Origin: Mobula hypostoma
Lineage: Eukaryota
Assembly (NCBI RefSeq): GCF_963921235.1
Contig: NC_086097.1
Coordinates: 120,778,001 to 120,842,000, forward strand
Length of the DNA: 64,000 bases
Reading direction: 5' to 3'
Shown: positions 58,500-64,000 of the stretch, one piece after another
Layout: each line of letters opens with the position of its first letter
Position numbering within the stretch: the first letter of the stretch is position 1
Notes under the pieces: model-generated
The model's database searches: none
Told to the model about the DNA's origin: nothing
The model's input: the letters and a program-made list of their open reading frames with translations, nothing else
Translations under genes and position numbers: made by a program

Positions 58500-60295
58500 C
58501 CTTATGTCCAGTCTATTCCACAAATCTAGTTTTCATTGCATTCATTGCAGAAAATCCTGCTTCACAAAGATATGATTTTGGAAATGGAAGCAACGTTTTC
58601 AGTGCTTTCGTGGCTTTCTCAGGGTATTTAGCCTGGACTTTGATCCAGAATGCCGGCAGAGGTGTTATGTCAAACATACTTTTCAGCCCACCATCATTTG
58701 CAAGCTTGAGGAGTTGATCTTCTTCCCGCGCTGACGTGGATGATTCACTGGGGACATTCACAAATGGGTCACGGTCCCATTCCTTTGCACGTCTTGGGTG
58801 ATTTGCGGTTGGGAAGTAACGCTCGAATCCTGTTGACAGCGAGGTTAGGTGATCGTGCACCAGCTTTGAGAAAGACGGTGCAGTCTCAGTCTCTCCCAAA
58901 ATCCCAGCTAATATTGGGAACATGTCAAATATGCCCCTGTCCACTCGCCGTCCCCACAGTTCTAGTTTGGCTTTGAAAGCAGACACTTTATCTGCCAACT
59001 TGAAGACAGTTGTCACTCTCCCCTGAAGTGACAAATTGAGTTCACTGAGCAGTTTGAAGACGACACACAGATAAGCGAGTTCTGCTATCCACTCCTCGTC
59101 ACTGAAGTGTGCTGCCAGTGGTGACCTTTTTCCTGAAAGAAATCTCTGTAGCTGCTCTTAACTCAAAAACCCTGGCCAGGGCTCTCCCCTTTGATAGCCA
59201 CCTGACTTCAGTGTGTAAGAGAAGGCGTTTGTGCTCTGCATCCATTTCCTCACAAAGCTGCTCAAACAGAGCTGAGTTAAGGGCTTTTGCTTTGATGTGA
59301 TTGATAACTTCAACAACACCACTCAATACGCTGTTAAGATCAGGTGATATTTTCCGGCTAGCCAGCATTTCCCTGTGTATGACACAGTGTGTAGACTGGC
59401 ATTCAAGAGCAACCTCTTTGACTCGGGTAGTGAAACCAGACAGACGTCCAGTCATAGCTGCAGCCGTGTCTGTGCATATTCCAACACAGAATGACCAGTC
59501 CAGTTTGCCTGACATGTCGTCATTCAAAGACTTGAATAGTTCTTCCCCAGTTGTGTTAGTTGGCAGCGGCAGTGCACACAACATATCCTCCTGAACATCG
59601 TCTTGAAATATATATCGCACATAAACCAGCAGCATTGCCATGTTGTCGACATCGGTAGTCTCATCGACCTGGATAGCATACCATGGTGACTCGTTAAGCT
59701 GTTCCAACAACTGTGCTTTGATGCCCTCCGCTATGTCATCGATTCCTTGAAACTGTGGTAGCTGAAAGTGAAACCTGTGCCATCTTGTTAGCTGCAGCTT
59801 CTTCCAACAGTTCAGGCGACACATGTCCTTGGCAGAAGGCAGAGTCAATTCTTCACCAACGGTGAAAGGCTTCTTAGCCTTAGCAATACGGCTAGCCACT
59901 AAGTACGATGCTCTCAGAGCAGCAGCATTTGTGGAGGTGGTGGATCTCAGTACTTCCTTCTGTCCTGCTTGCTCACGTTTTTTTTTTCCACTCCAAAAAC
60001 TCGACGGGTTTGTCTTTAAGTGCAGGGTGCTTGGACTCAAGGTGCCGAAGCAGATTTGGGGGCTTCATTACCTCATTAGACAGCTTGTCTCCACATATCA
60101 CACACAGGGGGCTTGGAGCGTGTGAGTCACTGGTCGCAATAAAGCCATACTTTATGTACGTTGTATTTTCTGTTGAAGGAAGCTTTCTTTTTTTTTGCAG
60201 TCTCTGCCTCTGCTGTCTCTGCGTTATCATCATCATTAGGCCTTTTATGTCCTCTTCCAAAGAAATTCTCAAGCAACGTTTGTTTTTTACTCATA
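58500..60295 (-). pseudogene. Buster-type transposase (ZBED5/TcBuster-like), frameshifted
   Basis: BED finger PLCVICGDKLSNEVMKPPNLLRHLESKHP; QVDETTD; CTDTAAAMTG; HCVIHRE; TEVRWLS; dimerisation LLPFPKSYLCEAGFSAM. Spread over several frames. Confidence 0.9.
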
Positions 60296-61717
60296 TTGGC
60301 TGATGACATCTGGTGTGGGTAATATCTGACATGGGTAATGACCACGCGTGCATTAAAGCTCAACAGTGGGCGTGACAGGGAATGAGGAAAGGTGCAGCTG
60401 ACCCATATCGCTTCATATTGCCAAATCATATAGTTTCCTCGTGGCCTGGCAGCACATGCTTTGCGGCCTGGTGGTTGGGGACCACTGGTCTAGGCCATTT
60501 TGTTCCAAATGACACTGAGCTTGAGAAACTGTTGCAGCTTCTTCCATCCATCCATGTGCAGAGTATTCAAAACATCGCGGATGCTTCAAAAGCAAATAAC
60601 AAATGACAAAAATCTGAAATAAAAACAGAAAAGGCTGGAACTAGGGAGATCAGGTAGCATTTCAGCAATGAGGAAGAGTTAAAGTATTACAAATTTGCTG
60701 TGATGTGTTGGCCAGGGTGAGACATGCAACCAAAACAACATTCAGCAATTATAAAGAATAAATAAATATATACTGTATATATATATAAATAAAGCTAGAG
60801 GTTAAGGTAAGGGTACAGAATTAAATGTGCATAAATACATAAATAGCAGCATGTATTTACAATGTAGCCAGTATTATAAAAATAGTTTTAAGTGTCTACG
60901 GTGTGGTGCAGTGACTGAGGTAATAGATTGAAGGGGATGGGGTGGAGTAACTACCCTAGAATGGCTGATCAGATTAACTGCCTGGAGGAAGAAACTTGTA
61001 AGATGCATGAAGCTTTTTTGTTTTAATAGCTGTATAGTGTTTTCTGGAACAATGCTTTCAGAAAAGGTTTTGAATCTTTTAGAAATGCTTCAAACTATTC
61101 ACTATCCTTTACAGATACTCTTGTTATTCTCTGTTTTTCTTTCTGACTTCCAGCACCCACAGTTTATGTTTATTGCTTTACGGTCTGTTTCCACTTCATG
61201 AACATTGCCTTATCTATTGGTCTTTCCACTTTATATCAAATGTTTGATAACTGTCCTCTCAATCTCACAATTTCAGCATGTTTTTTTTGTTTCTTTGTTC
61301 CTCTACCTCTTGTTTCTTAAACTTACATTTTCTCAAGACAAATTTGCTGTCATCCATATGCCTTTGTCACCCTTCCTTGTTTGACTCAGTATGTGTCAAG
61401 TATCTTCTCCAAATCCCCACCTTATGACAAATGTTCCCTTTATTCTTTCTGCTCCTCCCTACCCTATGTCGTTCATCAAATACCTATTTTCTACATTTTC
61501 CGTACTCTAGCAAAGAGCTATTGATCAAAAATGTTACCTCTCTTTCCTTCAGCTTTCACGCCGCCTGTCCTGCTGAGTTCTGGCATTGATGCCACTATTA
61601 AAGTACAGTGGCCTTGTAAGTGATTGTGATGGACCAGGAAGTAAAACCTGTTATGTTTTGTAACTCCTAAACATGTAACTAATTAAAAGAAAAACACAGG
61701 GAGCGGCGGGATGAACA

Positions 61718-61765
61718 TACACTCAGTGGCCATTTTATCAGGTACAGGAGGTAACTAATAAAGTG
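61718..61765. mobile_element. Tc1-type miniature remnant
   Basis: TA-CACTCAGTGGCCATTTTATCAGGTAC..GTAACTAATAAAGTG, a partial inverted repeat. Confidence 0.55.
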
Positions 61766-62277
61766 ATTATGATCAATCCCCACACCTCCAGGCTTGATTC
61801 TAATCCGTTCCTGTCTGTGCTGAGTTTTCACCTTCTCCCCGTGCTATGGGTTTCCTTCAGTTGCTCCAGCTCCCCCCCACTCGTTGGTAGATTAATTAAT
61901 GACTGTAAACCTCTCTTGTTTAGGGTGTATGGTGGAGAAATTCTATGATTAGGAGAACGAAATTGATGGGGAATGCTCTGAAACACAGTGGGCAGAAAGG
62001 CCTTCTCTATGTCATAAGATTATATAAGAAAATATGAGCATTGGTATCATCTGTGACATTCCCCACCTTGACTGCCGAAGGATTTAGGTGAGATGGTTGA
62101 TGGCCCTTCCACTAATATTTCCTAGTGTATTATCTCAGCCAATCCTGGAAGAGCAGAAACTGAGTGTCAAGTCCATTTTGTCTTTGATGCAATTTGATTG
62201 TAGTAAATATACCAGGTCTGATGACTTTACTGCAAATAAGAGGGTGTTTTGTTTCAAATGTTTAACTCAAGAAACAG

Positions 62278-63190
62278 GTCATAAGGCCATAAGACATAAG
62301 AGCAGAATTGGGCCATTTGGCCCATTGAGTCTGCACCTCCATTTGATCATGACTGATTTATTCTCCCTCTCAATCCCATTCTACTGCTTCTCCCCGTAAA
62401 TTTTGACAGCCTTACTACTCAAGAACTGATCAACCTTCACGTTAAATATACACAATAACTTGGCCACCACAGTCTTCTGTTGCAATGAACTCCACAATTT
62501 CTTCTCATCTCTGTTCTAAAGGGGCATCCTGAGGCTATTGCCTCTGGTCTTTGTCTTTCTCACATTTGGAAACATCCTCACCATGTCCAGTCTATCTAGG
62601 CCTTTCAACATTCAATAGATTTCAATGAGATCCCTACTCATCCTTTTAAATTCAGTGAGTACAGGCCCAGAGCCATCAGACGCTCCTCATTTCAGCTCTC
62701 TCCCCATCCAACCCTTTTATTCCCAGGATCATTCTTGTGACACTCCAATGCTGGCACGTTTTCTTAGTTATGGGGCGGCAAGGTAGGGTAGTGGTTAGTA
62801 CGATGCTACGACAGCTCAGGGCGTCAGAATGCAGAGTCCAATACTGGCATCCACTGTAAGCAAGCTCCTTCACGCCTGCGCGAGGGTTTCCTCCAGGTAC
62901 TCTGGTTACCTCCCACAGTCCAAAGACGTACCATTCAGTATGTTAATTGGTCTTTGTAAATGTCCTGTGATTAGGCTAGGGCAGATTGCTGAGTGGTGCA
63001 GCTCGAAGTGCCTGAATGACCTGGTCTCTGCCCACTCTCTAAATAAATAATTAAATAAATAAACATGGGCCCAAAGCCACTCACAGTACTCTAAGTGCGG
63101 TCTAACCAAAAACTTATAAAGCCTCAGCATTACATCCCCACTTTTATATTTGCCTCCTCTCAAAATGAATGCCAACACTGCATTTGTCAT
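62278..63190 (-). mobile_element. CR1 LINE 3' fragment with nested SINE
   Basis: NAVLAFILRGGKYKSGDVMLRLYKFLVRPHLEYC and a CATAAG repeat tail. Confidence 0.8.
62772..63064 (+). mobile_element. V-domain tRNA-headed SINE with (TAAA)n tail
   Basis: Head GGGGCGGCAAGGTAGGGTAGTGGTTAG, V core GGGTTTCCTCCAGGTACTCTGGTTACCTCCCACAGTCCAAAGAC, and an ATGGG(G)C duplication on both flanks. Confidence 0.75.
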
Positions 63191-63363
63191 TGTTAATCCT
63201 ATGTGTACATTTCAGAACATGAGAAATACAGGGCTTTCTTACACTGAGCAGAAAAGAAGATGCCAGATCAACTTTTGGTCGTGAAGAGTCATCACTGAGC
63301 AAAATAAAATGAGGGAAGTAATATTTAGCTGCAGAGAGACCAAAATGGTTAATCTCATTTAGC

Positions 63364-63940
63364 TTGTATAAGGCATTGGTGAGGCCGAATCTGGAGTATT
63401 GTGTTCAGTTTTGGTCACCAAATTACAGGAAGGATATTAATAAGGTTGAAAGGGTGCAGAGAAGGTTTACAAAGATGTTGCCGGGGCTTGAGAAACTCAG
63501 TTACAGAGAAAGGTTGAATAGGTTAGGACTTTATTCCCTGGAGCGTAGAAGAATGAGGGGAGATTTGATAGAGGTATATAAAATTATGATGGGTATAGAT
63601 AGAGTGAATGCAAGCAGGCTTTTTCCACTGAGGCAAGGGGAGAAAAAAACCAGAGGACATGGCTTAAGGGTGAAGGGGGAAAAGTTTAAAGGGAATATGG
63701 GGTGGGGGCTTCTTCACACAGAGATTGGTGGGAGTATGGAATGAGCTGCCAGACGAGGTGGTAAATGCGGGTTCTTTTTTAACATTTAAGAATAAATTGG
63801 ACAGATGCATGGATGGGAGGTGTATGGAGGGATATGGTCCGTGTGCAGGTCAGTGGGACTAGGCAGAAAATGGTTCGGCACAGCCAAGAAGGGCCAAAAG
63901 GCCTGTTTCTGTGCTGTAGTTTTGCTGTGGTTTCTATGGT
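63364..63940 (+). mobile_element. CR1 LINE 3' end, well preserved
   Basis: LYKALVRPNLEYCVQFWSPNYRKDINKVERVQRRFTKMLPGL..RRRMRGDLIEVYKIM..TRGHGLRV. Confidence 0.9.
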
Positions 63941-64000
63941 TGTCCAAGCATTCCTCAACCCGGCACACAGTATCGATGTGTCCCATGTATATGATATACT

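Larger units (their letters stand above)
57831..60487 (-). mobile_element. hAT transposon, Buster/Charlie subgroup, both ends present
   Basis: TIRs CAGGGGCCCCCAACC and CAGTGGTCCCCAACC (reverse complement). 8-bp TSD GTCTAGGT / GTCTAGGC with central TA. Confidence 0.95.

Noticed and set aside
58500..60295. Domesticated ZBED5/SCAND3-like host gene
   Set aside because: Multiple frameshifts with intact TIRs and TSD indicate a transposon copy.
1..64000. Host protein-coding gene or prokaryotic-type system (operon, CRISPR, defence island)
   Set aside because: Every recognisable ORF is transposon-derived, and the rest are short or low-complexity. No repeat-spacer array and no chain of coding exons was seen.

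Overview
Vertebrate nuclear DNA, roughly three-quarters transposon-derived by eye. The repeat repertoire (esterase-ORF1 CR1 LINEs, V-domain/HE1-like SINEs, Rex1/Babar, Penelope) suggests a cartilaginous fish, probably a ray; this is inference, not a database result. I recognise no host protein-coding gene, so the window is probably intronic or intergenic. The only long intact ORF (53584-55701) is the Gag-SCAN-zinc knuckle-protease ORF of a young, internally deleted Gmr1-like LTR retrotransposon (857-bp LTRs, 4-bp TSD, tRNA-Pro PBS). Other elements: a full-length Buster-type hAT with a nested MITE, a Tc1 remnant, an old chromovirus, solo LTRs, an R4/Dong-type restriction-like-endonuclease LINE fragment, and an RTE with a twin-priming-type 5' inversion. 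The most interesting non-coding signal is a dispersed Penelope terminal repeat whose consensus is a minimal type I hammerhead ribozyme (about 8 readable copies). Several repeat-free islands carry dense TALE/Hox/TCF motifs and look like enhancers. I found no convincing wholly new biological system; the findings are unusual instances of known classes. Boundaries of old repeats are approximate.
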